Below are positions 1 to 16,170 of a stretch of DNA of 64,000 nt, piece after piece. Numbering within the stretch: position 1 is the first letter of the stretch; each line of letters starts with the position of its first letter. This stretch comes from Eledone cirrhosa (lineage: Eukaryota). The stretch is from contig CAXHJY010000435.1 of the NCBI GenBank assembly GCA_964016885.1, forward strand, positions 1 through 64,000. Direction: 5' to 3'. The translations under genes and the position numbers were made by a program. Under the pieces are notes generated by a model, which was not told the origin of the DNA, ran no database searches, and saw only the letters and a program-made list of their open reading frames with translations.

Positions 1-3082
<3,082 letters not shown>

Positions 3083-3083
3083 G

Positions 3084-3450
3084 TAGATAAATCTACCAAG
3101 AGTTTACGGTAGTGATATATAGAGATTACAGTAATCAAAGTTCAGTTTAAGTCATTTATTTGCTTACAATTGTTTCCTCCAAACCGAGGTTTGGATTCTT
3201 CGGAGCAACTATTTATAACATACTTGACCTCCTTTTCAACCCAAGAGACACATAAAACATATGCGCATATTGATCAACAGTGGGGTGACATTCATCAAAT
3301 GATATAGCATGGAAACATTGAGCTATTTATCTTACTGGTAATAGGATAGTAATTAATGACTATCTCTCACTATTTAGGGTTTTTGTATATATAATATATT
3401 ACCATTAAAGGTTTTATTGCATACATAACCATAAATAGTACCTTAATACA
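3084..3450. mobile_element. Penelope-like pseudo-LTR remnant, family A (inverted 5' part plus direct tail)
   Basis: 3084-3315 is the reverse complement of about 30660-30895; 3316-3450 is collinear with about 30897-31028; contains a hammerhead motif; (TA)n on both sides. Confidence 0.75.
3160..3208 (-). ncRNA. Type I hammerhead ribozyme motif (family A)
   Basis: Stem I TTGCT/AGCAA, core CCGAAGA, stem II TCCAAACC/GGTTTGGA, GAAA, palindromic stem III ACAATTGT, GUA triplet. Confidence 0.8.
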
Positions 3451-5379
<1,929 letters not shown>

Positions 5380-5522
5380 AATCCATGATAGACCTACAGA
5401 CAATGATTGTTTTTAGGATTCTTATCAATATAAATACATACATTAATGTTTAACCTTCTATTAGATTTTAGTATATCAAACTTCCATTGTATATTTCACT
5501 TGTCTATGATGGCGACACATAC

Positions 5523-5616
5523 ATTGTTTTCTTAGTAAAGATTATGGATGCAGTTTCCGGTTGCTGTCCAATTGTGTGTTGCATTCCGACAAGGTTTGAT
5601 CGAGATTAGCAACAAC
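5523..5616 (-). other. Candidate spliced exon of an unknown host transcript (94 nt)
   Basis: Unique sequence bounded by TTTTCTGCTCAG| and |GTATGT; no frame is open end to end; an internal ATG could begin MQHTIGQQPETASIIFTKKT. Confidence 0.2.
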
Positions 5617-5805
5617 CTGAGCAGAAAACATACAAATTTGTGAGACTTATCAAAAGGATTGAATTTTGAAATATATTGTTACACAAAAATATTTGCATAT
5701 TATCAATTGCACACGCAAACAGACAGACAGATATTATATATCTGTATATATATATATATATATTTATATATACACATGTATTTACATACATGCTTATATG
5801 CATAC

Positions 5806-5873
<68 letters not shown>

Positions 5874-6084
5874 GTTAAACATTTATGTATATATATATAT
5901 TCGATATATGCGTATACATATATGCATGTATGTAAATATATATATATATATGCATGTATGTGTGTGAAGGTATGTCACTTAGTTGTTAGGGTATTCAGCT
6001 CAGTATCGCAAGATGTTAGATCCTCCGTCAGGGACAATTTATATCAATAAAAACCAACCAAAGCTCTTAATCGTACATTTAATT

Positions 6085-6146
6085 GATCGACATATGTTTC
6101 GACAGGCTAGCTGAGAATATTGTCATAAGACCATCTCATCGGGATC
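6085..6146 (-). ncRNA. Type I hammerhead ribozyme motif
   Basis: Stem I GATC/GATC, core CCGATGA, stem II GATGG/CTGTC with G-U pairs, GAAA, palindromic stem III ACATATGT, GUC triplet. Confidence 0.7.
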
Positions 6147-6227
6147 TATAAAATGTTATTCCGGGTTGAATCGGAAGTAACCACAGTAAGTAAGGTACTC
6201 AATACATAGCAGAGTGTAAAAGTTTTA

Positions 6228-6342
6228 ATATAGAAGAGCTTCTCCAGGACTAGAACGGTTTCATTTGTGAGAAATCATCGGGAAGCGCTCCCTGATGATT
6301 TCTCACGAACGAAACAGTTCTAGTCCTGTAGCTCTTCTATAT
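6228..6342. mobile_element. Fold-back PLE pseudo-LTR remnant with a hammerhead core in both arms
   Basis: Inverted arms of about 55 bp. The consensus of the two arms reads GCTTC-CYGATGA-(short stem II)-GAAACAG..CTGTA-GAAGC. Confidence 0.6.
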
Positions 6343-6364
6343 TTAATATATATATATGTATATC

Positions 6365-6617
6365 TATATCAAGTATTCCCGTAGAAAGTGTAAAGAGAGG
6401 AGAGTGCTCTATGTATGCTACAGAGCTATTTAATTATGTAATAATACAATACAATTATTCCATTTACCAAAGGTTTCACGGAGACAGGCGAGCTCAACAG
6501 AGACGTCTGAGATCGTTCATCAGAATGAAAATGTAAATTTTCATTCTGATGAGCTCGCCTGTCTTCGTGAAACCTTTGGTAAATGGAAGAATAATTGTAT
6601 TGTGTTTTTTTATTACA

Positions 6618-6624
<7 letters not shown>
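6365..6624. mobile_element. Fold-back PLE pseudo-LTR remnant, family E
   Basis: Inverted arms at about 6431-6531 and 6538-6624, an unpaired left extension, and (TA)n flanks. Confidence 0.7.
6458..6530 (-). ncRNA. Type I hammerhead ribozyme motif (family E); deleted mirror copy at 6539-6588 (+)
   Basis: Stem I TTTCATT/AATGGAA, core CTGATGA, long stem II closed by ACG/CGT, GAAA, stem III ACC-TTT-GGT, GUA triplet. Confidence 0.75.
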
Positions 6625-6654
<30 letters not shown>

Positions 6655-7039
6655 GTTAGAGATTATGGCTCAGAATGAACTAACACTACTGTAGGGAGGG
6701 GTTGAAACAATGTAAGTCCATTTCGATAACAGATTACATCAGAGTTGTTAGCACTGCCCAGGTTTATATAGCATATTGTTCCTTATTCGTCTGTTTCTGT
6801 ATTTCTCTTTGGTTCTCGCTCTGTTTATTGACAATTTTTCAATTAATTATCTGAGGCGCTATGTACTTCTTTTCTTCTATCGCTGAGATTGTCACCACCA
6901 CCATCACTATCATCACAATCACCACCACCACAATCATCCAAACTGAATAAACTGAATAGGTTCTTTGGATCCTCATACGTCCATGTCGACCGGGGAGTCC
7001 ATCATATATGATTGTATGTATCTATGTTTGTATGTATGC

Positions 7040-7352
7040 GGTTAAACCACTGGGAGTGAAGGACCCCTAGCCTTTGTCAGGGCATTCTTCTATGAGAAGG
7101 CAACAAAGGAAACTGGGATAACTCCGACATAAAATCTGCGAGTCAGTAGTTACCGATGATGTTGATCTTTTCTTCTTTCGGGTTATAGCTATTGTCTCTC
7201 AGAGAGTGGGATTGGCTCAGTGCACAGTCTTTCCTCACTTTCAAAAAAATCTTCACGCATAGGCATTGCACGATAGAATTAATTAATAATTGATAATTAT
7301 TAATAATGGTATATTGTGCAATGGCCATACTCGATAACGAGGGAGCAGCCAT
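7040..7352 (+). mobile_element. Diverged relative of the RTE-derived non-autonomous element at 48332
   Basis: Shares TAGCCTTTGTCA, GATGTTGA, GAGAGTGGGAYTGGCT, AGGCATTGC and the 3' end TGGCCRTACTCGA..ACGAG..GCAGCCA. Confidence 0.6.
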
Positions 7353-8050
7353 GTATTTTTGTATTTATGTATGTAAGTATGTAAGTATGTGTCCTCACAT
7401 TCGTTTTGGCTCTAAATAAATAGATTTATATATGTAACAGTCATAAAAGAAACATCCCACCTCTATTCCACAAATTTACACAAGTAACAATGATAGCGAT
7501 ATGCCTGTAACACATAATGACAGGCTTGCATATAAATTTGACTGAAGGATTCTTAAACCACTTCCGAATTCAAAAGAGCTTTCTATTTATCGATTGTTTA
7601 AAAAGCTGACAGCTGTTCAGGAGTGTTTATCTCGCTATACAATAAACAGGTGTATATGAGTCATGAAAACTCTACAAGTTTTAATAAATAAATAATGACT
7701 ATGCTGACATTTGTAATTAATAAATGTCACTTAATTAAATTTAAATTAATTTTGCAAACTATTTTTTTTAGTTATAGTTGTTCTATACTGTTGACATGAC
7801 AGTTTAGAATCAGAAAAAAAAAAAAAAAATGTAAAATACTAGTTTTCTCAAGCAGCCTGGGGCGATATTATGAAACAAATTAATTGGGCTATAGAAAACA
7901 GCTAGGTGTTTATTTAGAAATATTTAACAGTAATTGAAGAGAATGAGGCATATTGCAGAGGAAATAATTTGAAAACCATTTCTATATTAATGAAAATCTA
8001 GTAATCCACATAAATACATTAATAATTTTTCCATTATTTTGTATGGTTGA

Positions 8051-9530
8051 AGGCGGTGGATTGGAAGTATCGGTAGAGCGTCAGACACCATGCTTTCTAG
8101 CATAGAGTTATAGCCCTTGACGTTCTGAGTTCAAATCCCACTGAGGTTAACTTTGCCTTTTATCCTTACGGAGTCGATAAAATAGGTACCAGTAACGCAC
8201 TGGGTGTCGATTTAGCCGACTTTTGCCCTCCTCCCTTCTCTTAAAATTTCTAGTTTTGTGCTAAATGTAGAAACTATTATTAACACGGTTAGGATCGATA
8301 AAGTAAAGTACCAGTAACGTACAGGGGTCGACTTAATCGACTTTCCCTTCCTCCAAAATTGTTGGCCTTGTGTCTAAAACAGAAACCATTATTATCACAG
8401 GTACATGAGGGTGGTGGATTGGCAGTATCGGTAGAGGGTCGGACGCCATGCTTTCCAGCATAGTTACGTCCCTTTACGATCTGAGTTCAAATCCCACCGA
8501 GGTTAATTTTGCCTTTCATCCTTACGGGGTCGATAAAATAAAGTACCAGTAATGCACTGGGCAATTGTTGGCCTTGTGCCTAAAGTAGAAACCATTATTA
8601 TCACAGGTACGGCCCTTGCTATTCTGAGTTGAAATCCCGCCGAGGTTAACTTTGCCTTTCATCCTTACGGGGTCGATAAAATAAAGTACCAGTAATACAC
8701 TGGGTGTTTGCTGACCTTGTGCCTAAAGTAGAAACCATTATTATCACAGGTACGGCCCTTGCTATTCTGAGTTGAAATCCCGCCGAGGTTAACTTTGCCT
8801 TTCATCCTTACGGGGTCGATAAAATAAAGTACCAGTAATGCACTGGGCAATTGCTGGCCTTGTGCCTAAAGTAGAAACCATTATTTTTACAGGTACGGCC
8901 CTTGCTATTCTGAGTTGAAATCCCGCCGATATTAACTTTGCCTTTCATCCTTACGGGGTCGATAAAATAAAGTACCAGTAATACTCTGGGTATTTGCTGG
9001 CCTTGTGCCTAAAGTAGAAACCATTATTATCACAGGTACGGCCCTTGCTATTCTGAGTTGAAATCCCGCCGAGGTTAACTTTGCCTTTCATCCTTACGGG
9101 GTCGATAAAATAAAGTACCAGTAATGTACTAGAGTTAACTTAATCGACTTCATCCCCCATAAATTGCTGGCCTTGTGCCTAAAGTAGAAACAATTATTAA
9201 GGATGATAGATTGGCAGTATTTAGTTATGGCCCTTTATGTACTTAGTTCAAATCCCGCCCAGGTTAGCTTCGCCTTTCATCCTTACGGGGTCGATAAAAT
9301 AAAGTACCAGTAATACTCTGGGTAATTGCTGGCCTAGTGCCTAACGTAGGAACCATTATTATTACAGGTACATATTCTTTCTGGCGGTGAAATAACAGAG
9401 TAGTTAGGACATTGGATAGAATGCTTTGGAGAATGTTTTCGGCTCTGTGGAGCTCTGCATTCAAATCCCGCTGAAGTGGAGATTGCTCTTCATTCTTTCG
9501 AGGACGATAAAGTATCACTTCAAGACTTGG
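8051..9530 (+). mobile_element. Head-to-tail cluster of about 9 tRNA-derived Meta-core SINE copies, including four units starting 143 bp apart (8606, 8749, 8892, 9035)
   Basis: A-box TGGCAGTATCGG, B-box GAGTTCAAATCCC, core GCCTTTCATCCTTACGGGGTCGATAAAATAAAGTACCAGT, 3' end GGCCTTGTGCCTAAAGTAGAAAC. Confidence 0.9.
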
Positions 9531-9874
9531 GTTGATTCTCTTTGTTTACTCTTTCTAACTCTCTCATTATGACTCCATATTTCTCCGAAATTTGCGACCT
9601 GGAGAGAGAGAAGCTCCGCCATTTTTAATTTCTAAAGACACACAGTATATAACGACATATTGCCATTACCACTGATATTACCATTGTACTTAAATAAGGT
9701 ATATTTCTTTCTATTGAAACACTCGTGGACATTAAGTAAAGTATATTTCCTATTTCTTTATCCTGATAGTAAAGTAATTGTGAGATGCTACAAAGTTTAT
9801 ACTAACACGGAAATGAACCAACATTTGTATATATATATATATATGTATATGTATATATATTTATATATATATAT

Positions 9875-9906
9875 ACAAACGCACACAGGCACGTAAACAC
9901 ACACAC

Positions 9907-9993
<87 letters not shown>

Positions 9994-10027
9994 AACGCAC
10001 ACAGGCACGTAAACACACACACATGTA

Positions 10028-10063
<36 letters not shown>

Positions 10064-10095
10064 CAAACGCACACAGGCACGTAAACACACACACA

Positions 10096-10098
<3 letters not shown>
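9875..10098. repeat. Three copies of CAAACGCACACAGGCACGTAAACACACACACATG separated by (TA)n
   Basis: Seen directly. Confidence 0.9.
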
Positions 10099-10157
<59 letters not shown>

Positions 10158-10218
10158 AGATGTAAAATAAGAAAATTATAAAATTAACTTACTTACTAAA
10201 ATATATATATATATATAT

Positions 10219-10689
10219 ACGATATTAAATAAATGGAAACTATATTTATAAAACCATATTTATTTCATTATATATATTTCAGGGATATCATATTAACAAT
10301 ATGTTATGCCTTCTTCAGACAAAATACAATATAGACAGTTTTATAAATAAATAGATTTGACATACCGTTCAACATCGACTTGTATTTGAAAAGTTGATTT
10401 GGCAGAGTGCCAAATCAACTTTTCAAATACAAGTCGATGTTGAACGGTATGTCAAATCTATTTATTTATAAAACTGTCTATATTGTATTTTGTCTGAAGA
10501 AGGCATAACATATTGTTAATATGATATCCCTGAAATATATATAATGAAATAAATATGGTTTTATAAATATAGTTTCCATTTATTTAATATTTAATATCGT
10601 AATATACTCCAAATACTTGTTGAGTGCTTTTATATCAGTTATAAATATTTACTAGTTGTAACCCAACAATTTAAATATAACTTTACATG
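10219..10689. mobile_element. Fold-back PLE pseudo-LTR remnant, family B (arms about 185 bp, 3-nt loop at 10405-10407, tail about 90 bp)
   Basis: Essentially perfect inverted repeat inside (TA)n; second copy at 37965-38403; tail-only fragment at about 32160-32243. Confidence 0.8.
10487..10550 (+). ncRNA. Type I hammerhead ribozyme motif (family B); mirror copy on the - strand in the left arm
   Basis: Stem I ATTTTGT/ATGAAAT with two G-U pairs, core CTGAAGA, stem II closed by AGG/CCT, GAAA, palindromic stem III ATATATAT, AUA triplet. Confidence 0.65.
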
Positions 10690-11000
10690 TATATATATAT
10701 ATATATATATAATGTGTGTATGTGTGTGTGAAGACAATATTATATATGTTGTTCAATAATAAACGTTATCCAATCTTTCAAACGAAGCCAATTTCTATGA
10801 ATAATATCTCAAGCGATAACTAATATTATATATCTTAGACAATTACTGACATTCCTCTTCCGCAATATCCTATTTCTGATACCAAATATATACCATAATT
10901 AATAAAAGCACCATTTATAGATAACTATCTCATTCTATCTGAGATTCAGACATATTGAATAACTAACAAATATTTGTATAAACTATTGTTATATACTTAT

Positions 11001-11103
<103 letters not shown>

Positions 11104-11160
11104 TATATAGATATATAGATATATATATATATATATAGATATATAGATATATAGATATAT

Positions 11161-11199
<39 letters not shown>

Positions 11200-11277
11200 T
11201 ATATATGATGTCTTCTGATCTCGTGGTCGAAATTGGGTTAATAGTATAAGTAACATTAATATACAAGGTTTATACAA

Positions 11278-11466
11278 GGGCGGTGGATTGGCAGTATCGG
11301 TGGAGGGTCGGACGCCATGCTTTCCAGCATAGTTACGTCCCTTTACGATCTGAGTTCAAATCCCGCCGAGGTTGACTTTGCCTTTCATCCTTACGGGGTC
11401 GATAAAATAAAGTACCAGTAATGCACTGGGTAATTGCTGGCCTTGTGCCTAAAGTAGAAACAATTA
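11278..11466 (+). mobile_element. Full-length Meta-core tRNA SINE
   Basis: A and B boxes, core and 3' end present; ATTAATATACAAGGTTT on both flanks (probable target-site duplication). Confidence 0.9.
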
Positions 11467-12236
11467 ATATACAAGGTTTGATTTAATCGGGCCTACTCAG
11501 ATCCTATGATTACTTTTGCAACATCGATAAAGTCAATACTAATTAGATATATTATCAATATTTCACGAGATCACAATCTTTAGCCTGAGCCCCTCTGTTC
11601 TATCTCCTTCCATATGTTAATGCACCCTATCCTAGTCGACTCACCTCTAAACATGTAACTAATTTTCTGCAGCAATCTGCTAAGTTTAGGTACAGTTGCC
11701 CAATACGTCATCGCCTTACAGTTCTGATACCAAAATAAATCTATTGAGAGAAAGGATTATCAAAGTGCATATAACTTTCTGCTATTATAGGACAATCACG
11801 GATGTCAAAGAAACTATCATTATTAGCAAGTTTTCATTCTCCATATATCCTTGACTGTGAGATTGTTATCGGAAAACGGGGATCTTGACGTAATATTCGA
11901 TTAGGTAAATCGCTGAACGTGATCCGACGATAATTTATCTTCTCTGATTAAAGGAATGATATTAATCGATTCAAAATACGATGCTACGCGGACATATATT
12001 ACCAGAGATCTGGTGATTTAAAAGCTATTAGAAAAGATTCACGTAATCGAGATCGGTGTAGAATTTGGCAGCTTCCGACTTCAATTCGATTAGACACTAT
12101 CACATTAAATAGGTGTTATCACATGGTTTGATAATTTCCTATATTCCTTATCTTCGAGTCTCACCTCTAAATATTTTCGGTTTACTAGACATAAAGTACA
12201 CGGCTCTAGCAAGACAATTAATAAAGGGAGACTCAC

Positions 12237-12660
12237 ATATTCATCTGAATCAGTGACGAATTGAAATCCCTATCTGACACTTTACTCTATCAATTTCTTC
12301 CCAAATTATTTTACAATTTACAATATCGTTGTTTGTACAATATCGTTTTTTTGTACTGAGGCGATGGTGGGGCGTTGTTAAAGTTGCATTCGGAGTCCAG
12401 AGGAGCAATATTCCAGCGAGTAATATGGTCGGCATGACTATGATATAGGTTCAGCTGAGATATAGTCTTTTCTAATAAAAATATCACATGATCCACATAA
12501 CGGGTACAACGTGTCCGAACACGCAAGAGCCAACTCCCATTGTTATCGCCTCCATCTCTCTCGCCCTCCTTATCTCTCTGTATTATGAGCTAATGGGGTC
12601 CCACGTGCTGGCCGCCCCACAGCTCCGGCGGACAGATTGGAGAAGGCGTTTCCCCGGAGG
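12237..12660 (-). promoter_or_regulatory. Candidate Pol II promoter and first exon
   Basis: Locally GC/CpG-rich unique island with CCAAT (12640-12636), GC box GGGGCGGC (12618-12611) and E-box CACGTG (12602-12607), followed by a strong donor |GTGAGT at 12236. Confidence 0.3.
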
Positions 12661-14129
12661 TTCAGCTATAATTTCGGAAAATTTCTATACAGTTGATGAG
12701 GGTTGAGTTCTTACTCTCCTGTAAATCTCTAGAATTTAAACGATGAGGCTAGTTAATCGGTTCTGCCTACTGCCTAAAAGTGTTTAAAATAAGCAGAATC
12801 AAGCGCACAATCTTTGGGATTCAGCCGAAAGGTTAATACGTTAAATACAATAATAATATCACAATGATTACTTTTGTGAATATATTTACAGAGATTTATC
12901 TCTGAAACGATATTAACATGACATGGGTGTTTTTCATATCAAGTAAAATTAAAATGTAATAAATCATTAAGGTGTTTTAAATACAGAATCTACTACTTCA
13001 GACCCCTCCCCCCCAATGTAATTCTATTTTACTATCGTCAATATTAATAAGCATTTGGCTTTTGTTGCGAAGCTAATTCTCTTGTTCGAATTTAAGAAAC
13101 CAACAAATACTAAACACAACTGTATATTAGATATGTTTAACGAAGCAACAATCCCAGGTGTGAGTCACATCTGTCAAATTATCACCAAGATATTAATGAA
13201 TATTCAAATGAAAAGCAAAATTTTAAATTAATAGTTGGAGTTGTAACTGAATATTTCCGCGATATATATATCTTGCTCAACCTTATTTGTTAACTTTTAT
13301 ATACAATACAAAGTTTTCAATATCAGATAATTTTCATTAACGTGCTTTGAATAAAAGTTTGTTGTAAAATATAAAACACTAATAACTATTTTTCCTTGTT
13401 TCAAATTACACCGAAAAGGTTTCGTGACTAATTTTATAAAGGGAACTTGACGTTTCTTCACGGAACCCGACAATGTCAAATTAACCCGGATATTCGGTCT
13501 CACAGATATGTCATGCAAATTAACAGGAATATAATAGAATTTCATTACAAATATCAAGGCACTAAATTCTCACATTACTGAAATTAATTTAAAAACTCGT
13601 TACGAAGATAATTATTAGTTTAAACCAATTGGACATATGAAACAAAATAAAACATTATTTCTTATATTAATATCAAATTCATAGTATTGCGTTCGTGTCC
13701 ATTTAAAAACGTTTCCCATCATTTGATAGGGTATTTATCCCCGAAGTTTCATCAGTTTGGAAGTGGATTATTTAGTTGTTTGGATTGTCTACAGAACAGT
13801 TTAATTATCTTGGTGTATCTAGTAACTTTAGTGATTATTGATTAAATTTCTGTCTCATAATCTTATTCAGTAAGATTTACCGAGAAGTAAGATTTTTCAG
13901 AATTTCAATTACATTAAGGATGTTGTTTCCTGAATGCGTAACAAATGGTGTAAACTTTCTTGAGGACACTCTTTTGGGTGGAAAGAAAACAACAAATTGT
14001 GATGGTCACAGCTAGAATGCCTCTTCCAACGAAACTAAAGCAAAACAAAATAATTCTTTGAGATTTTAATCTCAGTTGCAGTCATTCGCGTTAAGTGTTA
14101 AAGAATATGTTAGATTAACTTCTAGCTCA

Positions 14130-14280
14130 TGCTGGTATTAATTTTGTCAACTGAGTTGACTGCAGCTACATGAAATGTAATGTCTTACTCAAGGGTACAG
14201 CATGCTGCCAGGTTTGGGAATCGAACCTACGACCTTAAGATCGGGAGAGAATATCTTAACTACAGCAACACGCACCTTCA
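14130..14280 (-). mobile_element. Second tRNA-derived SINE family, diverged
   Basis: Head TGAAGGTGCGTG..TAGTTAAG, B-box GGTTCGATTCC, CCTTGAGTAAGACA-type core; relatives at about 32763-32890 (+) and 5965-6020 (+). Confidence 0.6.
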
Positions 14281-14968
14281 TTAGTCAACATTTTACTTAA
14301 CATACATTATTTGTGAGACATGTAGTCTTTTCCGAGTAAAGTTAACTATTTTGTCAGGAAATATCGCCGTGATGAAATTTATCTTTTATCTTTCTGGGCT
14401 CGATGAATTGAAGTACCATCAGTGTACTGGAATCGACCCACCCCCCTTCACTCACTCTCGGAATCAGCTGGTTTCCATCTGGTTAAATTGACTTAAATGA
14501 GGATGCCAACCAGGTAAAATAGAGGTGTTGAATAGAAGCTTGCAACTTTTTAAAGAAACATAGCTTGCTCCCGAATCTGTCCATGAAAATAAATAATAAA
14601 GCTTTACAATTCAGATGTAGCCATAGCAGTTGTGGAACAAGAATTAAGGACTTAGTATTAATATCTCTCCGAGGACAGATCAAATGATATTCTACGCGCG
14701 TATCGGGGAATCAAATTTACTTTGCATCACACTGCAGATATAATTTCCTATATGTTCAGAAAGGAAAAGTTGTGTATTGTGATTTTCCTCCATGACTGCG
14801 AAGTAAAACTCCCGCCACTTAGGACAGAAATTGTTTTAAGTCTGAAAAAAAAAAACAAAAAAAACTTTCATGGAAATTCTTTTTATTCGATAGTGTTGAC
14901 AGAAAAGCACATATATATATTCCTTACATATAGTTATGTAAGGATTTAGTCCCCCCCGACCCCCAACA

Positions 14969-14969
<1 letters not shown>

Positions 14970-15011
<42 letters not shown>

Positions 15012-15082
15012 AAAGGTAAATGTGTATATATATATATGCAAAAGGTAAATGTGTATATATATATATATGCAAAAGGTAAATG

Positions 15083-15113
<31 letters not shown>

Positions 15114-15127
15114 GCAAAAGGTAAATG

Positions 15128-15164
<37 letters not shown>

Positions 15165-15217
15165 GCAAAAGATAAATGTATATATATATATATATGTATA
15201 TATATGCAAAAGGTAAA

Positions 15218-15281
<64 letters not shown>

Positions 15282-15502
15282 TTAAATGTATATATATATA
15301 TATATATATATATATGCAAAAGGTAAATGTGTATATATATATATATGCAAAAGGTAAATGTGTATATATATATATATATATGCAAAAGGTAAATGTGTAT
15401 ATATATATATATATATGCAAAAGGTAAATGTGTATATATATATATATATATGCAAAAGGTATATGTATATATATATATATATATATGCAAAAGGTAAATG
15501 TA

Positions 15503-15544
<42 letters not shown>

Positions 15545-15710
15545 AAAGGTAAATGTATATATGTATATATATATATATATGCAAAAGGTAAATGTATATA
15601 TGTATATATATATATATATGCAAAAGGTAAATGTATATATATATATATATATATATGCAAAAGGTAAATGTATATATATATATATATATATATATATGTG
15701 CAAAAGGTAA

Positions 15711-15755
<45 letters not shown>

Positions 15756-15778
15756 AAAGGTAAATGTATATATGTATA

Positions 15779-15824
<46 letters not shown>

Positions 15825-15840
15825 AAAGGTAAATGTATAA

Positions 15841-15872
<32 letters not shown>

Positions 15873-15965
15873 GCAAAAGGTAAATGTATGTATATATCTC
15901 TATATATATATGCAAAAGTTATATGTATATATATATATATATGCAAAAGGTAAATGTATATATGT

Positions 15966-16002
<37 letters not shown>

Positions 16003-16170
16003 AAAGGTAAATGTATATATATATAATATATATATATATATGCAAAAAGCAAATACATATATATATATATACATATAATATGCAAAAGGCAAATATATAT
16101 ATATATACATATAATATGCAAAAGGCAAATATATATATATATATATGCAAAAGGCAAATATATATATATA
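14970..16170. repeat. Minisatellite with GCAAAAGGTAAATG core and variable (TA)n spacer
   Basis: Roughly 30 units; the core drifts to GCAAAAGGCAAAT at the right end. Confidence 0.95.

Noticed and set aside
6700-6750. Minus-strand CTGATGT...GAAAT hammerhead-like string
   Set aside because: Core mismatch and weak stem I; possibly a decayed pseudo-LTR but not supportable.
14970-16170. CRISPR-like repeat-spacer appearance
   Set aside because: The spacers are only (TA)n of variable length, the context is eukaryotic, and there are no cas genes.
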